DNA of 64,000 bases from Candidatus Latescibacterota bacterium (GTDB lineage Bacteria > Latescibacterota > UBA2968 > UBA8231): assembly GCA_965242865.1 (NCBI GenBank), contig CBDETK010000013.1, positions 928,001 through 992,000 on the forward strand, written 5' to 3'. Below, one piece after another: positions 49,234 through 59,309 of the stretch; the stretch's first letter is position 1, and every line of letters begins with the position of its first letter. The notes under the pieces are model-generated. The model saw nothing but the letters and a program-made list of their open reading frames with translations, searched no databases and had not been told where the DNA came from. The position numbers and the translations under genes were made by a program.

Positions 49234-50280
49234 TCAAGCTGAGGGCTTCTTGCACAACTTGGCCACCAGCAGCTCCAAAACCAAGCGCTCTTGGCGTCGC
49301 CCCTGCGATTTTAGCCGCCAATCGGCCTCCTTTAAGGCACTCAACCCGGCCCACAGCCACGCGGCGGAGCGCCGCTGGGCCTGCTCTAAATACCCGGACA
49401 AAAAAAACGGCGCGACTCCCAATTCAGCGGCCATCTTGTCGCGCGGCAGCGATTGGCCCCTCAGTGCCTTGGCCTTGAGCAAAAGCTGGAAGTGGCGAGC
49501 GACCATGACGACAGCGCGGGTCGGCTCTTCGCCCTCGTCGAGCAGTTTTCGCATCAACTCTTGCGCTCGCTTGCCCTGCCCTTTGCCGAGGGCATCGGCG
49601 AGGTCGAACACGCTGGCCCCGCGCGTGATGCCCGCGACTTGTTCGACCGCAGAGGCGGTGATCGGCCGGCCCACGCCGGCAAAACTGACCAACTTTTCTA
49701 GCTCGCTGACCAGCTCGCGCGGCTTAGCCCCCACGTACTGGCTGAGCAGTTGGACGGCCCCGGGCTCGATCGGGATCCCCTGACGCTTGGCGTGCCGCTG
49801 GATCCACTGTGGAACTTGGTTGTCGTAGGGCGGCCTAAATTCTAGCGCCCGGCCCTGGCGCGAAAGCTCGCGAAAGAACTTCCGACGCATATCGACCTTG
49901 CGGCCGCCCACGACCAGCAGCCGACTCGTCGCCACGGGCGTTGTAAATACGCGCTCCAAGCCCCGGCACTGGTCGCCCTCTAGGGCCTCGGCATCGCGCA
50001 ATACGATCAATCGGCTCTCGGCCATCATGGGATAGGTCTCGTAGGCTTGAAAAAAATCCAGTATCTCCAAGCGATCGCGGCCGCGTTCGCGTTTGGCCCT
50101 TAGGACATCGAGGTTGAAATCCCGCGTCTGGGCTGGCACCAAGGCTTCGATCATAGACGCGACCACCGCTTCGCGCTCGTACTCTTCATCGCCGTGCAGC
50201 AAATAAAAGGGCCGAATATCCCCCTGAGTAATTTCGGCCAGCAACTCTTCGGGACTGAGTCCTTTTGCTCTCTTAGCCAC
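49234..50280 (-). CDS. holA: DNA polymerase III delta subunit
   Basis: YLLHGDEEY, DFN, PMMAE.RL, ELEKL, VFDL, D..LKS. Confidence 0.88.
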   Translation of the reverse strand: MAKRAKGLSPEELLAEITQGDIRPFYLLHGDEEYEREAVVASMIEALVPAQTRDFNLDVLRAKRERGRDRLEILDFFQAYETYPMMAESRLIVLRDAEALEGDQCRGLERVFTTPVATSRLLVVGGRKVDMRRKFFRELSRQGRALEFRPPYDNQVPQWIQRHAKRQGIPIEPGAVQLLSQYVGAKPRELVSELEKLVSFAGVGRPITASAVEQVAGITRGASVFDLADALGKGQGKRAQELMRKLLDEGEEPTRAVVMVARHFQLLLKAKALRGQSLPRDKMAAELGVAPFFLSGYLEQAQRRSAAWLWAGLSALKEADWRLKSQGRRQERLVLELLVAKLCKKPSA

Positions 50281-50476
50281 GATCTTTTCGTTTGACCTCC
50301 TCTTCGTCCAATATGCTGTACTCGGCCTCGGCGACTCGGCTCGGATCAATGGTATCGCGCTTGTTGGACGCGCCACGGCGCGAACCGCCCCTTAGCTGCC
50401 GATACGCAGCCGCACACAGCAACGCGACCGCCGTCGCCAACAGCAGGATGAACAACATGAACAACATGAATTTCAT
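50273..50476 (-). CDS. Small membrane protein
   Basis: N-terminal TM helix, ID....EAEY tail; overlaps the holA start. Confidence 0.6.
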   Translation of the reverse strand: MKFMLFMLFILLLATAVALLCAAAYRQLRGGSRRGASNKRDTIDPSRVAEAEYSILDEEEVKRKDRG

Positions 50477-50520
50477 GGTTTACTCGTCCCTTCTTTGTGC
50501 GCTAGCTCTAGATTTAACGC

Positions 50521-50549
50521 AAAAAGCTCCCCCTGTTACCGGGGGAGCT
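50521..50549 (-). terminator. Intrinsic terminator
   Basis: AGCTCCCCC/GGGGGAGCT stem plus T-tract. Confidence 0.8.
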
Positions 50550-50587
50550 CTGCGTAGTGCTGCAGGCGGCGGACTCGGCGGACTCAA

Positions 50588-51043
50588 CTATTCTGCGGCT
50601 TGCCACTTGAGCGGGAAGGGGTCGGTCTTACCGGCATCCTCCCATATTTTCTTTAGGTTGGCATACACGGTGACAAATTCTCCTTCGACGACCGAAATGC
50701 TCTTTTGGGCGTTGGGCACAAACGTCGGGAAGTCCGGCTCGACCAGCTTGCGCATCGCCGCCTTCAAGGCCCGCTTCATTTTGTTGTTCAAGGCCCGGAG
50801 GTACTTGTCCTCCAGCTCGATCTTCTCCAATTCGTCGTGCAAGGTCTGCATGACCTGTTCGACATCGTTGGCCTGAGAGGTCATCCCCTCGGTCGTTAGG
50901 TACACCTGATAGCGCATTAGCTGTTGGCTATGGGTATCCAAGCCCTGCAAGGTCTGGATATAAGGGGTTAGTTCGTCTTTCTTGCCGCCTCCGCAGGCCA
51001 AAAGCCCGCCGACGAGCGCGCATAAGAGCAAATTTTTGTGCAT
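50588..51043 (-). CDS. Hypothetical helical lipoprotein
   Basis: LLAC lipobox, GGAGG RBS. Confidence 0.75.
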   Translation of the reverse strand: MHKNLLLCALVGGLLACGGGKKDELTPYIQTLQGLDTHSQQLMRYQVYLTTEGMTSQANDVEQVMQTLHDELEKIELEDKYLRALNNKMKRALKAAMRKLVEPDFPTFVPNAQKSISVVEGEFVTVYANLKKIWEDAGKTDPFPLKWQAAE

Positions 51044-51087
51044 TGGTTCCTCCATTTCCCAAGGGCATTGCCACGCGAAGCCCCAAC

Positions 51088-51936
51088 CTAATAATCCGTT
51101 GGGGGCACGTCAAATGGCCGGCCACGGCGATAGAGCACCGCGTTCAACTCGCCGCCCAACAGCAGAGTAAAAGCCAGCAAATACGCGGACAGCAAGAGGA
51201 TGATGGCAGCCCCGAGCACGCCATAGATAATGTTGTAATAGCTGAATCGCTCGATGTACTCCAAGGCCGAGGCAATGACCCCGGCTAGCCCAGAAGCCAC
51301 CACACTCCCCGGCAATACGTCCAACCAACGCAGGCGCACGGCGGGCATGATGCAGTAAATACAAGTGGTAGTGGCGATCATGCCCACCACGACCACCGCC
51401 TGCCTCAACCAAGCCACCAGCGGAGAAAAGTGCGAGGAAATCCAATAGTCCCGCAGCCAACGCTCGACGTGTTCGCCGAATACGATGAGGTTAAAGAAAA
51501 AAACGAAAGAAACCCCCAAGACCACGACTAGGGCCAGCGAGAGGACGCGCCGCCTGTAAAAGGACCGATGCTCTCGTACGCCATAAGCACGGTTGAGCGC
51601 CATCATCGTAGCGGACATGCTCGCCGACGCCGGCCAGACGACGCCCAAGACCCCGATGACGAACAAACTTTGCGACGAGAGAACGTGGATGTTGTTTTCG
51701 ATGGTCTCTAGCAGCGGGACGGGGATGACAATGCCCAAAATTTCGAGGACTTGGATGAAGTCCTCGGGCGATATGCCCAAGAGGCCCAATAAGGCCGTCA
51801 GGACGAGAATGCCCGGGAAAATGGCAAATATAAAGTCAAAGGCCATGGCGGCCGCCGAGATCGTGCAATTGTGGCAGTACGTCTTCACCGCGACCGTGCG
51901 ACCGACCGCTAGCCAGCCTCTAAGCGCGCCTATCAC
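51088..51936 (-). CDS. YihY/virulence factor BrkB family membrane protein
   Basis: AAAMAF...FAIFP, ALN.AY, YG.LG..I.L, LLGGELNA. Confidence 0.88.
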   Translation of the reverse strand: MIGALRGWLAVGRTVAVKTYCHNCTISAAAMAFDFIFAIFPGILVLTALLGLLGISPEDFIQVLEILGIVIPVPLLETIENNIHVLSSQSLFVIGVLGVVWPASASMSATMMALNRAYGVREHRSFYRRRVLSLALVVVLGVSFVFFFNLIVFGEHVERWLRDYWISSHFSPLVAWLRQAVVVVGMIATTTCIYCIMPAVRLRWLDVLPGSVVASGLAGVIASALEYIERFSYYNIIYGVLGAAIILLLSAYLLAFTLLLGGELNAVLYRRGRPFDVPPTDY

Positions 51937-52709
51937 GGCGGCCGGCCCAGACACTCCACGATGGACGCAAAGAGATGACCGTTGGAAGAGAAAGCGTTTT
52001 GGCCGTATATCGTCGGCGTCCCCCGCCAATCGGTAAAGGTGCCGCCGGCTTCCTGTAGAATCGGCAGCAAGGGGCCGCAATCCCACGGATTCATAATGGG
52101 GTCAAAGCTGGCCTCGGCTCGGCCCGTGGCCACGAGTAGGTGGCCGTAACAATCGCCCCACCCCCGGTGTAGCCGCGTGCGAGCGACGAGCTGTTGCCAC
52201 CCTGGTTCGCGGCCCTGTTCGGCAAAGCTCGGCCACGACGTATAGCAAATACAGGCCTGGCCCAACTCGGCTACGGCAGACACGGCCGCCCGCCGGCCAT
52301 TCCACCAACAGCCCTCGCCTCTGGCGGCCCATACCATCTCGTCGAGGGCCGGCATATAGCAACAGCCTACGTCCACTCCAGCGGGGCCTTCCCGGGCGAT
52401 GAGCACTCCGTAGAGCGGCACCCCTTGGACAAACGATTGCGTACCGTCGATGGGGTCGATAATCCAGCGCGTACCGGAGCTTCCCTCAACCCGGCCAAAT
52501 TCCTCGCCGACGATCCCATCGTCGGGATAGGCTTTGGCCAACAAGTCCCGAATTTTGGCTTCGGCTTCGCGGTCCGCCACGGTCACCGGCGATCGGTCTT
52601 CCTTCCACTCGGGGTGGATGCCCGACTGGAAGTAGCGCAAGGTGATCTTGCCCGCTTGCCAAGCCGCCTCTACGGCAAAATCCAAACAATTCCGCAGCGG
52701 CGAACTCAA
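51933..52709 (-). CDS. hisN: Inositol monophosphatase family protein, likely histidinol-phosphatase HisN
   Basis: K.D.SPVT.AD, GEEFG, WIIDPIDGT.SF, WGDCYG, PWD. Confidence 0.8.
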   Translation of the reverse strand: MSSPLRNCLDFAVEAAWQAGKITLRYFQSGIHPEWKEDRSPVTVADREAEAKIRDLLAKAYPDDGIVGEEFGRVEGSSGTRWIIDPIDGTQSFVQGVPLYGVLIAREGPAGVDVGCCYMPALDEMVWAARGEGCWWNGRRAAVSAVAELGQACICYTSWPSFAEQGREPGWQQLVARTRLHRGWGDCYGHLLVATGRAEASFDPIMNPWDCGPLLPILQEAGGTFTDWRGTPTIYGQNAFSSNGHLFASIVECLGRPP

Positions 52710-53539
52710 CCCAAAATCTCTCGGCGCAGGTCGGTGAGTAATTGTAGGGCCGCGCGAATATCCCCGACTTGGTCCGGGGAAAATTCGCGCTCAATGGTCA
52801 GCGGCCCCTCGTACCCCAGCTCCCGCAGCTTCAAGAGGAAGGCCCGAATATCGACATCGCCTTGGCCCAGCGGCGCATCCTCGTACCACGGCTGACCCGG
52901 GCGGCGCGCAATGGCGGCGTCTTTGCAGTGTACGCTGCGGACCAAGTGCCCCACCCGATCTAATGCCGCTAGCGGCTGGCCAGCTTGGTAGAGGATCATG
53001 TTGGCCGGATCGAAATTGACTGCGAGGTTTTCGCGGCCTACGGCACCGACAAAAGCGAGCAGTTCGTCGGCGGTCTCTTGCCCGGTTTCTAAGTGAAAGT
53101 ACTGGCCGTGCCCCCGGCAGTGATCGCACACGGTGCGCGCAACTTCGACGACCGCGGCAAAATCCGGGTCCGACGCCGCCGGCACAAAGCCCAAGTGCAT
53201 GCCGACCGCATCTACGCCGAGCGCCGCGGCAAAGTCCGCGATGGCCAAGGTCTCTTCGAGCCGACGCTCCCGGCTCGCTAACGGCACCAGCCCGACCGTT
53301 TGCTGGGCGATTTCCGGCGTGGTGTAATCTTCGTCGGGAAAACCGGCGAAAACCACGCTGATTTCGATCCCCGCCGCAGCGAACTGCTCCTTGATTGCCG
53401 CGGCGTTCTCGGCCGTGCGAAAATCGCGGCCCGGGGCGTGTAGATGCACGGTGGTAGCCCCTAACTCCTTCACCGCATCCAAGCCAGCCCCCAAGCCCTC
53501 GTCAATCGAGGTAAATATACCTGTTGCCCATGGGTCCAT
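52706..53539 (-). CDS. Sugar phosphate isomerase/epimerase (TIM barrel)
   Basis: LETGQE, NFDPANM, HCKD, TIERE. Confidence 0.87.
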   Translation of the reverse strand: MDPWATGIFTSIDEGLGAGLDAVKELGATTVHLHAPGRDFRTAENAAAIKEQFAAAGIEISVVFAGFPDEDYTTPEIAQQTVGLVPLASRERRLEETLAIADFAAALGVDAVGMHLGFVPAASDPDFAAVVEVARTVCDHCRGHGQYFHLETGQETADELLAFVGAVGRENLAVNFDPANMILYQAGQPLAALDRVGHLVRSVHCKDAAIARRPGQPWYEDAPLGQGDVDIRAFLLKLRELGYEGPLTIEREFSPDQVGDIRAALQLLTDLRREILG

Positions 53540-53587
53540 TTTGGTTCTCTCCGTTATGGTTGTGGTTGCTATGGTTGCAGACAAATT

Positions 53588-53617
53588 AAAAGAGGGGACA
53601 GCCAAGCCATCCCCTCT
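53588..53617 (-). terminator. Probable terminator
   Basis: AGAGGGGA/TCCCCTCT stem plus T-tract. Confidence 0.6.
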
Positions 53618-53637
53618 CTGGTAAATCCACGCGCCGC

Positions 53638-53793
53638 TTACCTCCTCGCACTCCCTTCCTTTTCGTTGCGCCGCGTTCCCTCGGCCTGGGCAGCGTCTAA
53701 AATAGCCCGCACCCGCTGGCGAAAATTTTTGATCTGGTTGTCGACTTCGTCTATGGAATTCAGCAGATCCTCCTCAACGGCATCTTCTGGCAT
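53638..53793 (-). CDS. 51-aa hypothetical coiled-coil protein
   Basis: CAGGAG RBS before MPEDAVEE. Confidence 0.55.
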   Translation of the reverse strand: MPEDAVEEDLLNSIDEVDNQIKNFRQRVRAILDAAQAEGTRRNEKEGSARR

Positions 53794-53854
53794 GGTGTAC
53801 TCCTGCGACTGTTGGGGAGCAGGGGAGCCTGTTGGGGGTCGTCTTTCGGTGCGT

Positions 53855-54715
53855 CTAGGCGCGGCTATAGGTGCGCAGCCGATCGCAGCGGCTGGGGTGC
53901 CGCAAGCGGTGCAGTGCTTTCTCCTTGATTTGCCGAACTCGCTCGCGCGTAAGCCCAAAGCGCATACCGATCTGGTCCAAGGTCATAGGCTCTTCTCCGT
54001 TCAGCCCAAAGTAGAGGCGAAGAATTTCGGCCTCGCGCCCGGTGAGCCGACTCAGCGCCGAGTCAATCTGCCCGCGCAAACAGCCGCGTATGACTTGGTT
54101 TTCGGGAGATTCTTGGCGCTCGTCTGGCAGCACGTCGAGCAGGCTGTGGTCCTCTTCGCCGAAAAAGGCGGCATCGAGCGACCGCATGGACCGGCCGCAC
54201 AGCAAGGTCTCTTTGACCTCTTCGACCGGAACGTCGAGTTGCTCGGCGATAGCTTCCGGGGGAGGATCGCCAGTGCGCTCTTGCTGCAATAGGCGGGACG
54301 CCTTGGATATTTTGTAGAGCAAGCCAACTTTATTCAGGGGCAGGCGGACTGTGCGCGACTGCTCGGCCAGCGTCTGTAGGATGGCTTGGCGGATCCACCA
54401 AACCGCATAGGAAATGAATTTGAACCCCTTGTCTTCGTCAAAGCGCTCGGCCGCCGTGATCAAGCCCACGTTGCCGGCGCCGACCAAATCGGCGAAGGGA
54501 ACGCCGCGATTTTGGTATTCCTTGGCCACGCTGACCACAAAGCGCAAGTTCGCTTCGACTAATCTATTGCGGGCTTGCTCATCCCCTTGCTTGATTTTTC
54601 GCGCCAGATTGACCTCGTCGGCCGGGGAGAGTGGCTTGGAATGGGCAATTTCGGCCAGATAATTCCCAAGGCAATCTTCCATGTCCCAAAATGGAGCTTT
54701 AGTCATCCCCGCCAT
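53855..54715 (-). CDS. RpoD/SigA-family sigma factor lacking region 1.1
   Basis: NLRFVVSVAKEY, KFISYAVWWIRQAI, TRERVRQIKEKAL. Confidence 0.93.
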   Translation of the reverse strand: MAGMTKAPFWDMEDCLGNYLAEIAHSKPLSPADEVNLARKIKQGDEQARNRLVEANLRFVVSVAKEYQNRGVPFADLVGAGNVGLITAAERFDEDKGFKFISYAVWWIRQAILQTLAEQSRTVRLPLNKVGLLYKISKASRLLQQERTGDPPPEAIAEQLDVPVEEVKETLLCGRSMRSLDAAFFGEEDHSLLDVLPDERQESPENQVIRGCLRGQIDSALSRLTGREAEILRLYFGLNGEEPMTLDQIGMRFGLTRERVRQIKEKALHRLRHPSRCDRLRTYSRA

Positions 54716-54833
54716 GGAACCATCCTCTTCGTTTAGAGTGGGGAGGAAAAGGAAAGCTACACGTGCATTGAACTAAAGATGCGTTATAACTTAGCCGGGG
54801 CCACAAAGCCTGTCAAGCAATTTCTCCGGCCCC

Positions 54834-55547
54834 CTAAGCCCTCGTAAGTGCGCTTAAAACAGACTGTTGTACGGCCAATAGGCGCTGTATGCCCACAGCG
54901 GCCAAGTCGAGCAACTCAACCGCCTGCGCGCGGGTAAAGGGACGCCCCTCGGCCGTGCCTTGGACTTCGACGATCCCCCCCGAGCCGGTCATAACGACGT
55001 TCATATCGGTTTCGGCGCGGCTGTCTTCCTCATAGCACAGATCCAATAGGGGCTGGTCCCCGATTATCCCGACGCTAATGGCGGCCACTTGCTCGGCGAG
55101 TCCAGCGACTTGGATCGTCTGCAATGCCTCTACCAAAGCCACGTAAGCCCCTGTTATGGAGGCCGTGCGCGTTCCGCCATCGGCCTGTATGACATCGCAA
55201 TCGACATACAGCGTGCGCTCGCCGATTTGCTCCAAATTCACCACAGCGCGCAACGAGCGGCCGATCAGCCGCTGAATCTCCCGCGCCCGGCTATTGGCTC
55301 CACGAGCTACCCGGCGCGCCGAAGAGCCCGGCAGCATGCTGTACTCAGCGGTCAGCCACCCCTTGCCGGTCCCCGCCAGAAAGGGCGGCACGCTATCGAC
55401 GGGCGACACCGTGCAGAGCACCTTGGTATCGCCCAGTTCGATCAGGGCCGATCCAGCGGCCGTTTTTAGGTATTTCGGGGTGATCTGCACCGGCCGCAGT
55501 TGAGCGGGCCGGCGTCCATCGCCGCGCTTCGAGCGGGTCTCACGCAT
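54834..55547 (-). CDS. rph: Ribonuclease PH
   Basis: [41 protein letters not shown]. Confidence 0.96.
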   Translation of the reverse strand: MRETRSKRGDGRRPAQLRPVQITPKYLKTAAGSALIELGDTKVLCTVSPVDSVPPFLAGTGKGWLTAEYSMLPGSSARRVARGANSRAREIQRLIGRSLRAVVNLEQIGERTLYVDCDVIQADGGTRTASITGAYVALVEALQTIQVAGLAEQVAAISVGIIGDQPLLDLCYEEDSRAETDMNVVMTGSGGIVEVQGTAEGRPFTRAQAVELLDLAAVGIQRLLAVQQSVLSALTRA

Positions 55548-56364
55548 TGAGATGATCCCGATAATTAGGGCCGTCCATGGGGATGGGTTGGCACATCTCT
55601 ACTAAGCGCGAGTAGATGCGGCCCTTGGCAAAGCCCTTGAGTTCGTCGAGGGGCTGATTCGTGGTAACGACCGTGAACCGCTGGTCGCCGTAACGAGTAT
55701 CGACGAGATCGTAGAGCATTTCCTCTTCCCAATCGGTCCCCCGCTGGACCCCAAAGTCGTCTAGGACGAGGTAAGGCATCTTGCACAGTTCTTCGAGCAT
55801 TGGCCAAGTGCGGCCATAGTGCTCGCTGTCGGCCGAAAAGGTGTCGCGCAACCTGTGGAACGTGCGCGACAAACTGAGAAAGCGACCCGGTTTGGTCCAG
55901 CGCAACATGAGTTCGTTGAGGGCAATACAGCCCACCAAGGTCTTGCCCGTGCCGAGACTTCCGTAGAGGAGATAGCCCCGCTCAGGCTCTTCGGCTGCTC
56001 CGAGCAGATCTTGGTGAATGCGGAGATAGACCGTATTGAATAGGTCAATGGGCGTCCCGTCTGGTGCCGCCATGCGGAAGTCGTCGATGAACTTCCACTT
56101 GAATTTCTCGGGAATCTCGGCTTGGCGAAACAAGCGGTTGGTTTCCGCAATTTTTCGGCGATAGGGACGGCAGGGGCACCACTGATTGCGCGAATCGTCG
56201 TCCCAGTACTGGTACGGTGCCTTCCCTCCACAGCGGCACTCAATGCACTCGCAAAGCCGGAGCGTGCCATAGCGGCCCACCTTGACTATTGGATCGTAGT
56301 ACAGGCCCACACTGCTGCATTTAGAACAACGCGGCGCTTCCCGGCTGGGCGCGGGCAAACTCAC
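55540..56364 (-). CDS. DnaC/IstB-like AAA+ ATPase with Cys-rich N-terminus
   Basis: [41 protein letters not shown]. Confidence 0.85.
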   Translation of the reverse strand: MSLPAPSREAPRCSKCSSVGLYYDPIVKVGRYGTLRLCECIECRCGGKAPYQYWDDDSRNQWCPCRPYRRKIAETNRLFRQAEIPEKFKWKFIDDFRMAAPDGTPIDLFNTVYLRIHQDLLGAAEEPERGYLLYGSLGTGKTLVGCIALNELMLRWTKPGRFLSLSRTFHRLRDTFSADSEHYGRTWPMLEELCKMPYLVLDDFGVQRGTDWEEEMLYDLVDTRYGDQRFTVVTTNQPLDELKGFAKGRIYSRLVEMCQPIPMDGPNYRDHLNA

Positions 56365-56840
56365 CGGTGTCGCTCCTTGAGGGCCCGGTCGACGTCGCGG
56401 GCGGCTTGGCGTTGGGCCAACGCTTGGCGCTTGTCGAACTGCTTCTTGCCGCGGACCAGCGCCAACTCCACCTTCGCTCGGCCGCGCTTAAAGTAAATTT
56501 TCAGGGGTACCAACGTAAGGCCCTGCTGTTGCGTCCTCCCGGTCAGCCGCCGGATTTCGCTGCGGTGCAAGAGCAATTTGCGCACGCGCTCTGGGTCGTG
56601 ATTGAAATTGTTGCCGCGCTCGTACTGGGCAATGTGGACGTTGTGCAGGAAAATTTCGCCCCGCTCAACTAAGGCGAAACTGTCCTTGAGGTTGGCGCGC
56701 CCAGCGCGCAGCGATTTGACTTCCGTGCCCCGCAAGACAATGCCGGTCTCATAGCGGCCCATCACCTCGTAATCGTGCCGGGCTTTGCGGTTTTGTACGG
56801 CGATTAACTCGCGCTCGGCCCCGTTTTCCGTTTTGGCCAT
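56361..56840 (-). CDS. smpB: SsrA-binding protein
   Basis: [28 protein letters not shown]. Confidence 0.96.
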   Translation of the reverse strand: MAKTENGAERELIAVQNRKARHDYEVMGRYETGIVLRGTEVKSLRAGRANLKDSFALVERGEIFLHNVHIAQYERGNNFNHDPERVRKLLLHRSEIRRLTGRTQQQGLTLVPLKIYFKRGRAKVELALVRGKKQFDKRQALAQRQAARDVDRALKERHR

Positions 56841-56915
56841 CACTCGCCTATTTCCACGAAGAGAGCGGGCTTGACGGCTGCCAACCCGCCGCTTAGTTTG
56901 TGCTTCAAGTCAAGT

Positions 56916-57002
56916 GCCGAAGTGGCGAAATTGGTAGACGCGCATGGTTCAGGACCATGTGGGGGCAACCCCGTGGAGGTTCGAGTCCTCTCTTCGGCAC
57001 CA
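56916..57002 (+). tRNA. tRNA-Leu(CAG)
   Basis: GCCGAAGTGGCGAAATTGGTAGACGC...TTCAGGA loop, long variable arm, GGTTCGAGTCC, CCA. Confidence 0.97.
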
Positions 57003-57136
57003 CTTTTTCGCTTTTTTCGCTTTTCACTCCCTAACTGATTTAATCTACGCGCCCCGTTCCAACCCGCGCAAGGGACTGCCAGCCTCCGCAGCAGCCCTTT
57101 TCTTTCTTTATCCAACCTGCGAAAGGATGTCTGTCC

Positions 57137-57514
57137 ATGGCTCGCTTCCTGCACACCCGCATCCGCGTCGGCGATCTCGAGCGCTCTATTGAGTGGTACT
57201 GTACTCACCTTGGCTTTGAGGTCCGCAGCCGCTCCGATAAATCGCCCGCTGGCAACCAAATCGTCCATCTCGAACTGCCCGGCAATGAACACACCCTAGA
57301 GCTGACCTATTCGCCCGACTACCAGCTTGCAGTCCCCGAAGACCTCATGCACCTCGCGATCGCGGTCCCCGACTTGATCGGCTTTTGCGACGCGTTGGAA
57401 AACAACGGGATCGAAATATGGCCGGGCGATTGGCGCACGACGTTTCCCACCGGCCGCAAGATGGCCTTTATCGACGATCCCGACGGCTACGAGATCGAGC
57501 TGCTCGAAGGTTGA
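57137..57514 (+). CDS. VOC / lactoylglutathione lyase-like protein
   Basis: HTRIRVGDLERS, LELTY, HLAI, F..DPDGYEIEL. Confidence 0.88.
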   Translation: MARFLHTRIRVGDLERSIEWYCTHLGFEVRSRSDKSPAGNQIVHLELPGNEHTLELTYSPDYQLAVPEDLMHLAIAVPDLIGFCDALENNGIEIWPGDWRTTFPTGRKMAFIDDPDGYEIELLEG

Positions 57515-57515
57515 T

Positions 57516-58946
57516 TTAGCACTGGGGCAAGTACGCGTCGATGAAGTCCCGAGCGGTCCGGCCGCCAACTACATCGTGGTTGTGGCGCAGCCGCCAAACC
57601 TCGAAAGCGGCCAATACGTCTTCTTCCGGCCGGTCGATCCCCGCCCTTCGCGCATAAGACAAGACCATGGCGCGGTATTGCTGCCTACTCGGCAAATCGA
57701 GGAAAATTTTGAGGGCAAAACGGTCGTCGAGGGCCCGCTCTTGATCGAGGCGTTGTAGTTGTTGGGGGTCGTAGAATTCGGCCTGAATGCCTTGGTTGAC
57801 TCGGGTGGGTCGCTCGTCGTCTAGCGGCATCTGGCCCAGCCCTTGCGGGCGCTCGCCCTCCCGGTCGACTAGGTCTTTGTAGTTGGAGGTCGCATAGAAG
57901 ACCAAATTGTCTGGACGCGCTTCCAACCCCCCGTCGAGTACCCGCGAGAGCTCGTGTAAGTTGTCGTCGCCCCGGCCTAGGGACACATTGTCCAAGACCC
58001 CCACAAAGTGCTGGCGACGCCCCCGGACGAGGGTAAAGAGCTCGGGCAAGAGCGGGTAGCAAGACGGGGCGATCTCAATGGCGCGCAGGCCGCGCTCAAA
58101 AAACTGGCCTACTAAAGCGCGTATCAGCGTCGATTTACCGCCGCCTCGCGGCCCCCAGATCAGGGCGTTGTGCGCCCGATACCCGGCGAGAAAATGGCGC
58201 GTATTGTCCTCGAGGACTTGGATTCTCGCTTCGTTGCCCTCCAGCCAGCCGAGGGGAAATTCCGCAAAGTGGCGGATCGGCTCCAAGGTGGGCTCGGCCC
58301 CCCTAGCGACCAAGCGAAAGGCTGGAAATCGGCGCAGCGCACCCCGCCCGTGCTGGTGGATCAAGCAGCCGAGTTCCCCAGCCAGCCCAACCCAATCCTC
58401 GCGGCCGACAAAACGCTCTTTTAGGCGCCCAACGGCTGCGGGTTCCACCCCATCCTCCGGCATGGGGGCCAAAGGCTCTGCAACGCCCCCGATCAGCTGC
58501 AGCCACATCCCCCAAGGGGGCCGAGCCAAGGTCGCGGCACTTTGCAAGTCGCGGCACATAACCTGATGCAGCGCAGCGGGAACATCGGCGGGAGATCGCG
58601 CTTCGCAAGCGCGCAAAAACGGGTGCTCGCCATCGAGGAGCCGGTTGAGCAGCAGCCCTTGTAAATCCGGCGCACCGCCGCCCCAATCGCCGTTGAGTGC
58701 GGCCGCGAGCAGCGCGTCTGAGCAACGCCGATGGTGCGCGGCCAATTCGTCCGCCGCGCACTGCGCTTTTTTGCCGGTCCTCAGCTTAGCGGCACACGCT
58801 TGCGCCGAGTGCAGCAAGGAACGCAACGGTTCAATCTCCGCGGGCTCGAGCAGCCGACTAAAGGGCGACAGCCGGTCCAAGGCCGCGAGCATGGCCTCGA
58901 CTTGGCTGGCGATGGGTAGGGTCTCTTCACTCCTCGTCATTTCCAT
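57516..58946 (-). CDS. DUF815 family AAA ATPase
   Basis: NT..FL.G..A.N.LIWGPRGGGKS, LDGGLE, YATSN, GRTA..F. Confidence 0.82.
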   Translation of the reverse strand: MEMTRSEETLPIASQVEAMLAALDRLSPFSRLLEPAEIEPLRSLLHSAQACAAKLRTGKKAQCAADELAAHHRRCSDALLAAALNGDWGGGAPDLQGLLLNRLLDGEHPFLRACEARSPADVPAALHQVMCRDLQSAATLARPPWGMWLQLIGGVAEPLAPMPEDGVEPAAVGRLKERFVGREDWVGLAGELGCLIHQHGRGALRRFPAFRLVARGAEPTLEPIRHFAEFPLGWLEGNEARIQVLEDNTRHFLAGYRAHNALIWGPRGGGKSTLIRALVGQFFERGLRAIEIAPSCYPLLPELFTLVRGRRQHFVGVLDNVSLGRGDDNLHELSRVLDGGLEARPDNLVFYATSNYKDLVDREGERPQGLGQMPLDDERPTRVNQGIQAEFYDPQQLQRLDQERALDDRFALKIFLDLPSRQQYRAMVLSYARRAGIDRPEEDVLAAFEVWRLRHNHDVVGGRTARDFIDAYLPQC

Positions 58947-59067
58947 ACAAAACCTAAACTATTATAATTCACTGCTAGATGGGTTTCTGGGCTTTCCCGC
59001 AGGAAAGAATTTGCCACACTGCCACACGTAAACGTCGTAGCGAGCAGCCGTTGTCGAGGAAAGGAAC

Positions 59068-59141
59068 TACCCCCGGGCGGATTCGAACCGCCGACCCACA
59101 GATTAGGAATCTGTTGCTCTATCCTGCTGAGCTACGGGGGT
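59068..59141 (-). tRNA. tRNA-Arg(CCT), CCA not encoded
   Basis: ACCCCCGTAGCTCAGCAGGATAGAGC...TTCCTAA loop...GGTTCGAATCC...CGGGGGTA. Confidence 0.95.
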
Positions 59142-59309
59142 TAGTAGGAGGGACGCCATTCATACTAGGCTGCCAGAGACTCAAAGTCAAATGCCCAGGT
59201 TTTTATCGCATCTGTTGACACCAAACTAAACTGGCCTAATTTACAAGACTGTTTTGGCCAGCGATTGAAGGCCAGGCCGGCTTTTTTCAACCTCAGCTAA
59301 ACTAAAAAC

